A DNA stretch of 64,000 nt from Chrysomallon squamiferum (Eukaryota; Animalia; Mollusca): NCBI GenBank assembly GCA_012295275.1, contig CM022670.1, positions 28,582,001 to 28,646,000 on the forward strand, in the 5' to 3' direction. Made by a program: the position numbers and the translations under genes. Below are positions 34,941-58,160 of this stretch, in pieces. The notes beneath the pieces are model-generated. The model saw only the letters and a list, made by a program, of their open reading frames with translations, was not told the origin of the DNA and did no database searches. Position 1 is the first letter of the stretch; each line of letters opens with the position of its first letter.

Positions 34941-37900
34941 GAAATAATAATAAAAAATATTATTACTGCTACTAAAAAATAATTTAGTGTTCCTTAGAGT
35001 TTAAATGATATTTATCTTAATTAAAGACACAATGAACTGCCACAGACATGAAATCATATTTTATTAACAATAAATAATCATCTAAATAATAATGTAATAA
35101 TGTCAGTAATAAAATCTGAGTAAATTAAAAGTGAAAATCAACAATAAAATGAAATTAGGTTAATAATCAACAAACAAAAATTAAATCAAATTATATTATC
35201 TCACAAATTAAAAACTGTAAAAGATACAATTTCCAATATTTTTTTATTCTATTTTTATTTTATTTTAATAATTTAATGTTCCCACAAAATTTGTGACAAT
35301 ATCAGGCTTATTTTTCTTTTTTTTTCTTTTTTTTATCTCAGTTAATAAGAATAATTTTGTGATGACTATCCATCCTTCTGACACTCACATGATAAGGAGT
35401 AAAATTCTCTACTATGTAAAATAACAATGCATTATTAAATAAACTTACATTTATACTTTACTCATATGAACAATGAGTGCCATGGAAAGGTAACTCTAGA
35501 AAGCCGATCATAAACTCGAAAACTGAAAAAAAAACCCACGTAATTGTTTAATATTTTCAAAAATTATTCATTCATATTCCCAGTTAACAGTACTATTATC
35601 AACATTTATATACATTTTTTAGTTAGTTTTTAATACAAAATTCAAATAAAAACAAAAGTGAAGTAAATGATAAAGTGTGTGTTAGAAGAATGTTGTTACA
35701 AAGATGACATTTACCCAGTGTATGGGTCAAGTTTCAAATTTCTTATAGAAGGCAGCACCATCTGAAGGTCAGCTGACAGGAAGCCATCAGAGGTCATGTA
35801 CAAATGTAGGTCAGGGTAGACAGACAGATCTCCATCATAGACATCTCTAAAACAAATATAACAAACATATAATAAAAAATAAAATAAAATAAAATAAAAT
35901 AAAATACTTACTGGCATCTGAATGATTATTATAATTATTTAATTTGAGGGCAGGAATTAACTACTGTGGTAAAGCACCACTCTGATACATGACAAGTTAC
36001 TGGAGTAGTCCTCCTTGTTATTCACACTGGATTAAATCCTAACCCAGCAAATGCAGGTTTATCAAAAGGCATTTTATTCCGATCTAAGACATTCTATATA
36101 GAAAATTCCTTCTTGCTAATAACTAAAAAAAAAAAAAAGTGAATTTCTGCAGCCAATGCTGGTTTATCAAAACAAAATGTTCCATCTAAGTGAAGGTGGA
36201 AAAAATGATTATCTTGCTGCTTATCAAAAAGAGTAATCCTTGGAATGGCAGCAGAGTATTTCTAAATATACAACTGCTCATACATACATTGCTTTTGGTT
36301 ACCATTGTAATTATAATAACTTTTGTGTTAAAGTAAATAACAAAGACTTGTTACATACAAAGAAGACACAATCCTCATATGTCCCAGCTGAGTTCTCCAA
36401 GCAACAGTTAACAAATCTGGTGTCCCACTCCTCACTGTCTGCTCAAGTATGTTTGTCCAGGGCAACACATCCATGCCTTGTTGGACTTCAGAAGTTCTGA
36501 GTAATATACATATATATTTTGAGATAGAGACACATACTTTTAGCATTTTGGATGGTTTAAATTAAAAATACCTTTAATTACATACATATTCCACTACCAA
36601 AAGATTTCGGTTACATTTTTATAAGAAATATATCTCCACTTTAAATATTAGGGATACATACATATGTGACAAATTTCTGTATTCAGTTTCAGATTGAGAT
36701 TCATTTCCAAGTAAAGCATGGATCAATGATAAATACATATGCAGTTGTTGTAGCTGTTGTTTGTCTTGCAGTGACAAAAGGCTTTTAGCTTCTTTTAGCA
36801 ATTCTTTACTAGAAACATCTGAAAAAAAGAACATATTAAATAATAAAAGGAGAATTTTTGTAATTAAATTTTTTTAAATAATATTTTTAAATATAAAAAA
36901 GAAAAGGCTATAGGAAATAATAAAACCTGGGTATCTGATAAATAATAATAATTACACAAATCTGAAAATTGCTGAGCATACCAGATAGCAGATTCTGTTC
37001 TATTCACTGCACCACTGAGCTATGTCCCTAATGCATAAACATGTGCATATCTGTCTGTTATTGTGCACGTGCCTGTGTACATGTGTGTGCATGTATGCAT
37101 ATGTGTTTGTATGTGAGAATTTTAAAATTATTTTTAAATTTACCTTTTCGACTACCAGCATGAAAACAAAGCAAAGATTCAACAGCTCGAGATGCTAAAC
37201 CTTGCAGATCTGTGTTTGCATATTTGAAAACACATCTCCACATGCTGGCTGCTTCCTTAGCTTTTAAATGAGTCATTGGTCTAAAAATAAAAATCATAAT
37301 CTAATAAATTTGCAAGTTACAAAATACAGAATAACAACAACACAAATATGTATGATAAGCAAGCAATTTTGAGTGATGTATATCATTTAGTGACTGGTAT
37401 GTATAAAGTCTGCCCACCTTGTCCATGGATTTGACCATCCATAGTTTTTACCATACACTGAAAACAAAATATTCTTGAATGCATTTGGTGCCATACAGTA
37501 TGCTGTAAAATGTCTAATTAGTGCATTTCAAGATATGAAGACATAAACCTCAAATAATGTAATTTTATTTAAATGTTGTAAGCATCTGAAGGGATTCTAC
37601 AAATGCATATCCACAGAGATAAGAAAGGCTGTCTGTATAAAACAGACCAGATTAAATAAAACATGACTCCATGAGAAGATAATGCACATACCCTTGATCA
37701 TACACATCAGCCATCAGAGCCCATTTTTGAGCCTTAATCTGCTTCACAACATCATCTACACTGACCCTGCTGACTGCAGCATCAGCAGCCTGGGAGTAAA
37801 GAAGGCAGGCAACATCAGACTCACCATGCTGGGCATACATTCGAGCTGTTTCACTGAGCCAATATGCACGATGGGTGTCTGGAATTACCAAGTGATTATT

Positions 37901-39659
37901 AAAGGTAATTAAAATAAGCCTAGTATGTATGTATCACAAATAACTAAAAATATTGGAAAAGTAAGGATATGTTATATTTAATATGTATAAAAGTAGGAAA
38001 AGGAAGCTTATATTACACTTAATGCTGTATTTATAATTAATTTGTATAATTAGTGGAAAAACAGGCATATAGTATTAAAAATAGGCTAAGAATATAATAA
38101 TCTGCATAAATAAATAAAAGAAAAGCTAGCATACATTACCCATAATATATGCTATGTTTATAATAATCTGTGTAAATAGGGGAAAAAAAAGCATGCATCA
38201 TAATTACTATACACTAAATATTTAATAATATTTAATAATATTTAGTGACCTGTGAAAATACCATAATAGTAAGAATGTAACGTATTTAATGTAGCCTATG
38301 ATGTAAACCAGGTATAAAATAAACTGTATAAATGTACAATGGAAATCTGAAGGCAGCAAACAAGCACAGAATATACTTCATAAAAATATCTACTGTGTAA
38401 CTGACCTAAATAATTATATTATCAACAGATATCTAAAATTACCAAGTAAGGAAAAAAACAATGAAAAGCATGTGTTCTGTATATTTAATAAAGATTTAGT
38501 ATGCATATACTATGCTTAACACATACCCAATATGTTAAGCAGTAATAAGAACATCAATGCAGTTTGATTATAAATATAACATGCACTTGTTCTTTGCCAT
38601 TATGACAGAAATGCTGTGCTATGTTAAAATAGTGCCATATTAATCCCTTATAATACTGTCCTGAGTATAGTCACCATTAATTGTTTCTGAATTTTCTAGA
38701 AAAGCATCAGCTGCTAGTTGTATGTTCCCTCGTGTCCAGTGGGCATATGGAACAGCCCAGTGAAAAGCAAGTTTAACAATTTCAGGATACCTGAAAGAAA
38801 AACAAAAAAATAAAAAAACAAAAAATTAAAGAAACAAAATTGAATTTTTATTTATTAAGTTTTGTTGTTATAAAAACAACAACAATAATAATGGATATGA
38901 AAATGAATAACAATAATTATTAAATATAATAACTGCAATAATTATGATGATGAGAATAAAATGGTAATAATAATAATTGTAATAATGATGATGATAGTGT
39001 TCATGATCATGTTGATAACTATTTTGATTTCATAATTTAAAATATAGTTACCTTAGCATATTACTTTTCAAAGCATTTCTTTCACTAGGACAGTATGTAT
39101 TTTTTTGGATCTGTATGTTCATAGTTATCCATAAAAATCTTACATAAATTCATTATTCACCTTTTTGTTAGGGAATCCTTGATGCAATTCAGAAGTGACT
39201 GTGTTGCTTTGTTATTAGCATCGGCTTCGGATGGTGAATGTTTACTAGACTTGTTGTAATAGGCATTGGTTATGTTTCTTGGCAACATCAGATCCATCAC
39301 AACTGACAAAACTAATAGAAAACAAATCTGCATTAGGATGTGAAAAAATCATTATATGATATACTTCTGTGGGCCTATATATTTTTATATAAACTGAAAT
39401 GAAAATTTCATGTACTAATGAGGGATGGCACAATTATACACATACAAACATACACATAAGTTGAAGCAATAACAATGATAAATTGCAACTAAAGAAATAT
39501 GAAAGATTTTAATTTGATGTTAATTTTAGAATTACATCCCTATTAAAATTAAACTGTTTATTAAACATATTTACATGTATATATATATATTTTTAAGATA
39601 AAGAAAATTGAAATGAAGTTTTATCAGTATATCATATTTCCTTTTGAGTTATTTTTGAA

Positions 39660-39691
<32 letters not shown>

Positions 39692-40079
39692 TGATGTATA
39701 TATGTATTTATGAAATTTATGAAATTATGTATAACCACTAAATTGAAAGTAATGTGGCCAGTACTGGTGTTAGTCTATGGGAAACTTAGGCATTCACAGA
39801 GCTAAAGAAAGAGCAAGCTGTGACATTAAGGACATGCTTGTTTGTAGGTTAGGAGATAAAAATACATCTGTTCAGTTTCAGAAGAATTCTGCCTTCATGT
39901 TGGATAAAGTGTTACCACTTGCTGCACTGTTAGGTTCTGGCCTTTCATTATCTAGTCTCTCTCTTGAAAATATTTATCAATTTCAGAGGATGATCTACTT
40001 GCAGGTTTTGCACAGCCAGTTTCCTGAATTATTCAGGAATTATACACATTTCCTACAATTTTACATATACATACACCCC

Positions 40080-40113
<34 letters not shown>

Positions 40114-41092
40114 TATGGGAGAGGGGCAGCCTCTATCAATCTGCACATTAAAGATAAGCAAGTAACTGACCTGAAATCAAAAGAAGTGGTTGCATATCTA
40201 CATTACTGATTGAAGAACTCTTTGTAAAGTATGTCATTGGCAGCCATGCTGTTAATCTGTAGTCTGTAAAGGCAAGCATTCGGTCTGCCACAAAGTAACT
40301 ACTTTTCCAAATATTCCTGAATGCTAATTCCATTGAATAGTTTTGTGGTTCTGATAAAGGACCACCATGTAAAAATGGGTCCATGTGGGTTTCAGCAAAT
40401 GCCAAATGTCGATAAAGAAATGACAGCTCAACACTGGCAAATGATTGACCTTGCCTACAGTCAGAAACAGCACTTTTCATGATATTTGGAAGTTTGTTAT
40501 AACTCTCTTTTGACCACAGTGCATGGACAGCAATCTCCAACAAGGATGGGACTGTCCGGTTCACGTGGACTTTGGTTGGACAGAACTCATACAGGTCAGC
40601 AGCAGCCAGGTCAATATTCTCTACATTTCTGAAAGGAATCTCATAGTCAGCAAAACACAATTTACGTAGTTCTTTCTTTCTGCGTTTCTGTTTTTTACTT
40701 GGAGCTCTTTTCCTTTCGCTTCTATCTGCAGATTGATTCTCATGGTTGTCTTGAAGGTCATCCTTTAAGTCAAGGTCAGCCAATGCAGATGAGGATCCTG
40801 CAGAATTTCGTGACTCTGATGATGAACCAAAACTCTCTTCAGCAGAAAAGTATTCAGATTCACCACTTTCATTACTGTTGCTCTGACTACCAGAAAGTTC
40901 AGTATCAGATGAAACACTGTCATGGTCACTAGAAACATGTGAAGGTTGTTTTTTCTTAATCTTTTTTCTCTGTTTTGCTGACCTCTCCGGCAGTTTTTCT
41001 TTTGGAATTTCCCAGGAAATCATCCGTGATACTCTTGGACGATGACATCTCTGAGAGATTAAAATTTTCAATCCTGAATTATCATCCTCCAT
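29384..41092 (-). CDS. Uncharacterised ~1176-codon protein (acidic/basic N-terminus, BC-box-like motif, TPR-like helices, beta-rich C-terminus); 17 coding exons, in-frame TGA in exon 9
   Basis: Exons 41092-40171, 39302-39161, 38790-38675, 37878-37692, 37280-37144, 36818-36662, 36496-36359, 35846-35715, 35522-35449, 34858-34665, 34260-34111, 33259-33026, 31977-31808, 31319-31179, 30732-30568, 30059-29842, 29637-29384. All are GT-AG with compatible phases (3531 nt). No family recognised with certainty. Confidence 0.85.
29842..30059 (-). CDS. Gene 2 coding exon 16
   Basis: CSLELSDKGDSIDV...VDGVPREVCFLGE; phase 2-1. Confidence 0.85.
30568..30732 (-). CDS. Gene 2 coding exon 15
   Basis: SVICNDLTE...LMVVTGHGLFILHPHSLE...RCT; phase 2-2. 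Confidence 0.85.
31179..31319 (-). CDS. Gene 2 coding exon 14
   Basis: VYHIYGQKGNLLKTF...PIVLGRKLYGVSCDKF; phase 2-2; not in the ORF track. Confidence 0.8.
31808..31977 (-). CDS. Gene 2 coding exon 13
   Basis: FIDCSSRENFLNPKII...VQVNGN; phase 0-2. Confidence 0.85.
32090..32415. repeat. Degenerate ~40-bp minisatellite
   Basis: Recurrent gtaagataattacaaa...taaaatatctttaca units. Confidence 0.7.
33026..33259 (-). CDS. Gene 2 coding exon 12
   Basis: DVQNVLKEMVDLEKLK...ESDIIV|GTAAGT; phase 0-0. Confidence 0.85.
34111..34260 (-). CDS. Gene 2 coding exon 11
   Basis: MEIQKYMADKE...GWRFWSS|GTGAGT; phase 0-0. Confidence 0.85.
34665..34858 (-). CDS. Gene 2 coding exon 10
   Basis: YNFVTPTMVELYKDKAG...TLYWTGP...KASYQ|GTTAGT; phase 1-0. 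Confidence 0.85.
35449..35522 (-). CDS. Gene 2 coding exon 9 candidate with in-frame TGA (35462-35464)
   Basis: Strong poly-T-CAG acceptor and GTAAGT donor; phase 2-1 as the neighbours require; reads FRVYDRLSRVTFPWHSLFI*VKYK. Confidence 0.6.
35715..35846 (-). CDS. Gene 2 coding exon 8
   Basis: DVYDGDLSVYPDLHLYMTSDGFLSADLQ...LKLDPYTG; phase 2-2. Confidence 0.85.
35948..36275 (+). mobile_element. Degenerate tRNA-derived SINE copy with an internally duplicated body
   Basis: tRNA-like head gggcaggaattaactactgtggtaaagcac; body tttatcaaaa...cttgct..t occurs twice; ends aaaaagagtaatcc...ggcagcagagtatttct. Confidence 0.5.
36359..36496 (-). CDS. Gene 2 coding exon 7
   Basis: TSEVQQGMDVLPWTNIL...VAWRTQLGHMRIVSS; phase 2-2. 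Confidence 0.8.
36662..36818 (-). CDS. Gene 2 coding exon 6
   Basis: DVSSKELLKEAKSLL...LSLIHALLGNESQSETEYRNLSH; phase 1-2. Confidence 0.85.
37144..37280 (-). CDS. Gene 2 coding exon 5
   Basis: PMTHLKAKEAASMWRCVF...HAGSRK; phase 2-1. Confidence 0.85.
37692..37878 (-). CDS. Gene 2 coding exon 4 (TPR-like)
   Basis: DTHRAYWLSETARMYAQHGESDVACLLYSQAA...; phase 1-2. Confidence 0.85.
38675..38790 (-). CDS. Gene 2 coding exon 3
   Basis: RYPEIVKLAFHWAVPYAHWTRGNIQLAADAFLENSETIN; donor position slightly uncertain. Confidence 0.75.
39161..39302 (-). CDS. Gene 2 coding exon 2
   Basis: VVMDLMLPRNITNAYY...CIKDSLTK; phase 1-2. Confidence 0.8.
40171..41092 (-). CDS. Gene 2 coding exon 1
   Basis: ORF 40148..41092; acceptor ccaacag| just upstream of the ATG; donor TCA G|GTCAGT. 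Confidence 0.9.
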
Positions 41093-41797
41093 AATTTATC
41101 TGTTGGAAAGAGAATGACTGTATTCTTAATATCAATAATGGGTAATTTCTAAATTTTTGGAAATAATATCCAGAATTATTACAAACCTTCATTTCAGTTA
41201 ATATACAAATATTACAAATGTTAATTATAATTAAAGATACAGACATCAGGGATTACATAAATATGAACCCTTCAGCTTCTTCTAAAGTTATTATAAAATG
41301 AATGCTAAATTTTTAAAGTGTCTTTATTTATAAATATTATTTATTTATTTATTTATAACAAAAACAATCCAAATTAGTTGAATTTATTTTGAAGTTTGGT
41401 GTCTTCATAGACTTAGCTATTTAAAAAAAATAATAATAAAAAATATTAATGATAATGATATAACATTTAAACAACAATAATAAATTAATTAAAAATATAT
41501 ATATAAAAAATATTAAAAAAAATAATAATAATAATAAATAAATAAAAAATCGAGAAATAAAAAAGACAAAAGTCTGTTGAAAATATACAGTTATATTAAT
41601 AATCGACGTTATAATTAACATGACTGACGTCAACTCTGAACTAATATATCAAATATCACAACTGAATAAGCTTATCGAGCTTGCATATAAAATAATATAT
41701 TATATAGGCCTATCACTATTATCAGTATATGATACAGATTATCGTAATAGACTACTACTAACAATTTGATACATTAACTTATATGCAAGCTACTTAC

Positions 41798-41930
41798 CAA
41801 TCAAATAGTTATTAGCAATTATGTATAGTGGCCTTTGCATTTGCAACTTTTAAAAATACAAAAGGAAGTGACAAAAACTGAAATGTCTTTTATTTAATTG
41901 ATATAATTTCTTGTTACAGCGCGTTGCGAA
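41798..41930 (-). promoter_or_regulatory. Probable promoter and non-coding first exon of gene 2
   Basis: Minus-strand donor TTG|GTAAGT at 41797; ETS-like AGGAAGTG near 41863; CpGs reappear here at the edge of the CpG-poor gene body. The upstream boundary is approximate. Confidence 0.5.
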
Positions 41931-43199
41931 ATGTTTTGTTATTCAAGAAAGATAACTCTAACCGAGAATATTCTCTTTACTAATTATCTACCTTTATCCA
42001 TGGCTCAAATAAATTTTATGCTTATAATTACATACTTTTAAATAAATCGAATTGCTTGGGATAATCTCAGTTTTAAATTTTATTTTGGTAGCATACATCT
42101 TTTCTGTATTTATCTGAACTTTAGGTATTATTATTTATTTATTAGATATTCTGTAAATTAATAAATTATTACAGACATTTTAACGCATTTTATGTAAATG
42201 ATTATTTAGGGTAAATAATAGTTTTCATCTGTGTTGCATCTGTACATGTGTTTAAGGATTTTGAGAATTAAAAAAAAATTGCGCTTTATGACTATAAATG
42301 TTACAAATAATCCTATTATCTATCCGTCGTTATAACTTAAAAGTACGCTAGCTATCATTGCTAGTATAGTTTTGATGGAAAGCAACATTTTGTTTTTCTT
42401 TGTGAAAAGTGTAATGGCCTCTTCAAGGACGTCATTCTCTGGCCTTTGAATACAGTATAATTATCACTGCAATTGGTGTTTGGGTATCGAAAGTGCACGC
42501 CAGAGATGTTTGGCTAGAAAACAAACCTAACAGATGCATTTACTGCGTTAATCAGTGGAGTTGTTCTCAGTATAACTGACAAAGTCACAGTACATCACCT
42601 ACAACCGTCTTGTATATAAGATAATTAGTAACACAGAACATATCTCTGAGGCGCTATGATTATGTTTTTGGATTTAGTTGAATCTCGGGAACTGCGGTTA
42701 AATTACTGGTTGTAGTTAGGTTCAGTATTTACGTTCTTGGATATAAAGCGCTTCAGTGGCTCAGTGGTTAAGTTGTAAGATATAACATACGCCGTAGTTA
42801 TATTATTGTGTTAACGCAAGTAACCATATATACATTTCTTACATACATACATGCACACACACGTACTTACATACATACATATATACATACGAAAAAGATT
42901 TCTGAAGCAGCATAAATGAAATGACCGTTAATGTGGTGCATAAGATTCACTCTTGAAAAAAATACCAGTACAAAAATATCAGAACTATATTTAGCGAAGC
43001 ATAAAAGTGCAGTGAACTGACTATTCTTTGCTAATATTTGTTATTTAAACAACAGGATTAATACAATAAATAAATAAATAAAAGATACGTTTATATTATA
43101 TATGGAGGAAAGTTTATTCGTGCGTAAGTTTGAGTGTGAAAAAGACAACTACAGAAGGAGGGAATGAACGAATGAATGCATTTATTTGTTGCTGTTATT

Positions 43200-43273
<74 letters not shown>

Positions 43274-43753
43274 ATTATTCAGATATAGTTTAATTATGTC
43301 GGATGTAGTTTAACAATAAAACTCAATAAAACAATTTATATTAAACATATTAATATATGGTATATTACCTAAAGAGTCAGTTTTCAAGTATGAATGCAAA
43401 ACAAATATTTAGTACATCCTGGACATCCTGGACATCCTGGATTTTACAGATATATTTGGTATTTTAATGATAGTGAGGTTCAGTCTATTTGAACTTGTTT
43501 TATTATTAAATATAGTCTTTAGGGAAAACATACACTGATGTGATTTCGAAGGAATAATCGTAATAAATCGCAACTAATTGTTTTAACAATAATATTTTAA
43601 ATAAAGAATGGATGAAATTAACTTTATGATAATCTATGTAATTTTCACTTTCATAACGTCACAAAAATATTAAATAATAAGTTATCATGGTTACCGAAAT
43701 AGGTCATTGCTCCGTAGACGAACGAACATACTAGCCAAAGAAAGAAAAAGAAT

Positions 43754-43796
<43 letters not shown>

Positions 43797-44535
43797 TGCT
43801 CTGGAAGAGATTTTCGGGCTTGACGAAGCTGTAATCATTATTATGACTAGTTCAGCTGGAAGGGCATGTTCAGTGTGGGCCAACAAACGCTGGGAAAGCG
43901 GCTCTATGACGTCAAGAAATGCTTGTTGGCTGAAAGATGTTGGAGATATTTTCCCGGAGAATTCATGTGTAATCACGTGTGATACACTCTGCCGGATCTG
44001 CCTTATGTAAGAAATAAATGTCTACAACCCCATTTTTCAATGCAGACACACCCTTTTTAAGTGGAATTCCAGAATACCTTTTGTGTCTTTCAGTAAGAGA
44101 GGCGAAATTTAACCTTATGATAAAGTATAAAGACCTGTAATCTGGGATCGATACCTGACATTGGTCGTTCACATTAAACTTCCCATCAGAACCACTGGTA
44201 TCATGCAAATGCTCAGTAAAAGATCGAGATATGTGCATTAAAACAGATGGTGAACAATAATACAATTTTAAATTTAAACTTTTTATTAGAACTTATTTGC
44301 ATAATTACAGCTATGGTATAAATAAAGTATGGAGGTTAATTGAACTAACATCAAAGACAAACAAATCAGTTTTTAATATTTAGAAACGTATCATGTTCTC
44401 CGTTATTACAGACTTTTATATTTCAATGTATTACATATAGATCTTAATTACACTCGTCTATAATTCATTTAAATATATTACTTTATAATCAAATGTAATA
44501 CATCTCACTGAAATACGTTAATTTATAAACCAATT

Positions 44536-44582
<47 letters not shown>

Positions 44583-45816
44583 TCTTTTTTTATCATACTA
44601 TTATTATGAATGACAAAGCAGTGCTTTGCTATCGTTACATAATTATTATGCAATAACTATTAGTAACAGAGATTTGTCTGGCAGGTATAGTAGTTCTTTT
44701 ATAATTCACTTAGCAAATTCATTTGTACTAATGAATAACTGATGGAAATCTATCTTTAAAATTCAGCTATACCTTTAAATATAGTTTAATTACACTTGGA
44801 AAACATTATGAGAACACAAAATAAAGCATACCACAAAAATGACATCACAAATTTTCTTCATTTTATTATCGTTATTATTAGTGTTAATAAAGGAAAGATA
44901 TTTTGATCAATACAGAAAAGAGATAAAAATAATAATCATAGTAATGATATTCAGTTTTAATAATAATAAATAAATAAATAAATAAACCTTTTTCGAACGC
45001 AAATCCGATATAAATAACAAAAATATTCTGACACTGTATATATCTCATCTTTTTGAGGCTGAAAATAATTTACTGCTATAATAATTTACAGTATTTGTAA
45101 CTAGCGTAATTATACAAATAACGAAAACGTTTTTTTAACGTATTTACGTTTGTTCCTGTTTTGCAGCACCAAATTTAAAATAAATAAATAAATATTTCGA
45201 AAATCTTTTCTTCAGCAATAATGTTTTTAGAAACAACTAAACGATACATTCCAAGCTTTTAGTAACATATATCACACAGACAACAATGACATAGATACAC
45301 AACGGTTTGATACGTAGTTTAAACACTTTCACAATTTGGAACTGTCCGGTAGACCGCTAACAAATTTCAGTTGGCAGATTAAGGAAAAATCAACGTAACA
45401 AATATCACAATCCAACTAACCTGAAAGAAGAAAGAGATCACATTGTTTGCGTGAAGGACAAGATATGTTGGGGGGGGGGGAATTTGTGCTTTAAAATCAC
45501 AAATTTGTCTTGATTAGAAATTTGCCCGGATATTTCATGCCGGACACAATTTTAGTTACTCCTCGTCATTTTCATCAGTAAAAGTGAAGTAGAACATAGA
45601 AAGACTCTATTTTCTCTATAACATAATCAAATCATTTCTCTACAACGCTTGAGTGTGAACATTACACCTTAATGTGGACCAGTCGCATGGTTGGTAGAAG
45701 AAAAAAAAGAGAAAAGTAAACGAAGGGAGACCACCCGAGCAACCTCTGCCCGCATGACGTGGTCTAGGACGACAGCTCAGCAGCTGAAACTCAAACAAGG
45801 CTCAAAGGTCTAAATA

Positions 45817-57025
<11,209 letters not shown>

Positions 57026-58160
57026 TGTGAAAAATGAATTTGATATTTTAAGAAATAGTTATGACGCTGTGCTGGTGTTACTGGCGTTGTTTGATGTTAA
57101 AGACGTTTATACACCTGTAGTTTCTTTTGACGTTGTTGTCGATGTTAGAAGAGTTGGTATATCCTCAGTACTTTATACTGACGCCTTACTGACTTCGGTA
57201 TATCTTGTTTATGTTCTTCTGATGTTGTTGTAGTCTTGGAGCACCTTGAAGACAATTTGAAAAGAAATATAAGCTCCAGATATTTTCCTGACAGACAATT
57301 TTAGTTTTCTTAGCATCTAAAGACGTCAAAAAAAAAAAAAAAAAAAAAAAATGTTGGTCTTGTTGCGATTCATTGCCAATACTGAAATACCTTTTAGTTG
57401 TAAAGACACGTTCCGTCTCATAATATATAAATCAAAGTAAAGTAGATTTGCCTCTAAATGTCGTAAAGTTTTTTCTCTACTTGAAAGGATTGCATGTTCA
57501 TTTAAAAATCATTAAAAAAATCATCTCCAATAGGAAAAATAAATGAGCGCGAAAATCCGTAAAACAGATTTCTCAAACAAATGCACATGCAAAACTGATT
57601 CTGATGCTGGTGTTTATTTTATTATTTATTTATTTATTTATCATTCATAAAAAATGAACTAATATTATTAATATTTACGTAAATACATTATATCATATTG
57701 TACTGTATTTGATTTTACTATATAATTGACTCGGCAATAAAAAATATAAAATAAAATAAAATAAAAAAGATCTTCTTAAAAGAACAAAAATTAACAATAA
57801 CAGTTGGTTAAGATATAGGGAAAAAAGAAGTAATAACATTTATATACACTTATTACAAGATTTATTGAATGATAATTTAAAAATATATGTATTTTTTTTT
57901 CCCTCTCGAAAACAAATCTCGAATTTAAGATTAGCAAGGTCATAGTTTTCAAAACGTAAAAAAAAAAAAAAAAAAAGTTATAAAAAAACCCTAAAAGATA
58001 AACACGGTGATCAGAATTTTTCTATTGAAAAAAAAACAACAACAACAAAACGAACAAGATCATTTGATATATATATTAGCTCTAAACGATATACAAAACG
58101 ACATTTTTTTAAAAACCCTCCTCAGAATTAATGAACTAATTCAAAAATCTATAACCTTAC

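Noticed and set aside
37005-37032. tRNA-like sequence (minus strand GGGACATAGCTCAGTGGT); similar one at ~42746-42772
   Set aside because: Only A-box/D-arm fragments with no full cloverleaf; these are SINE heads, not tRNA genes.
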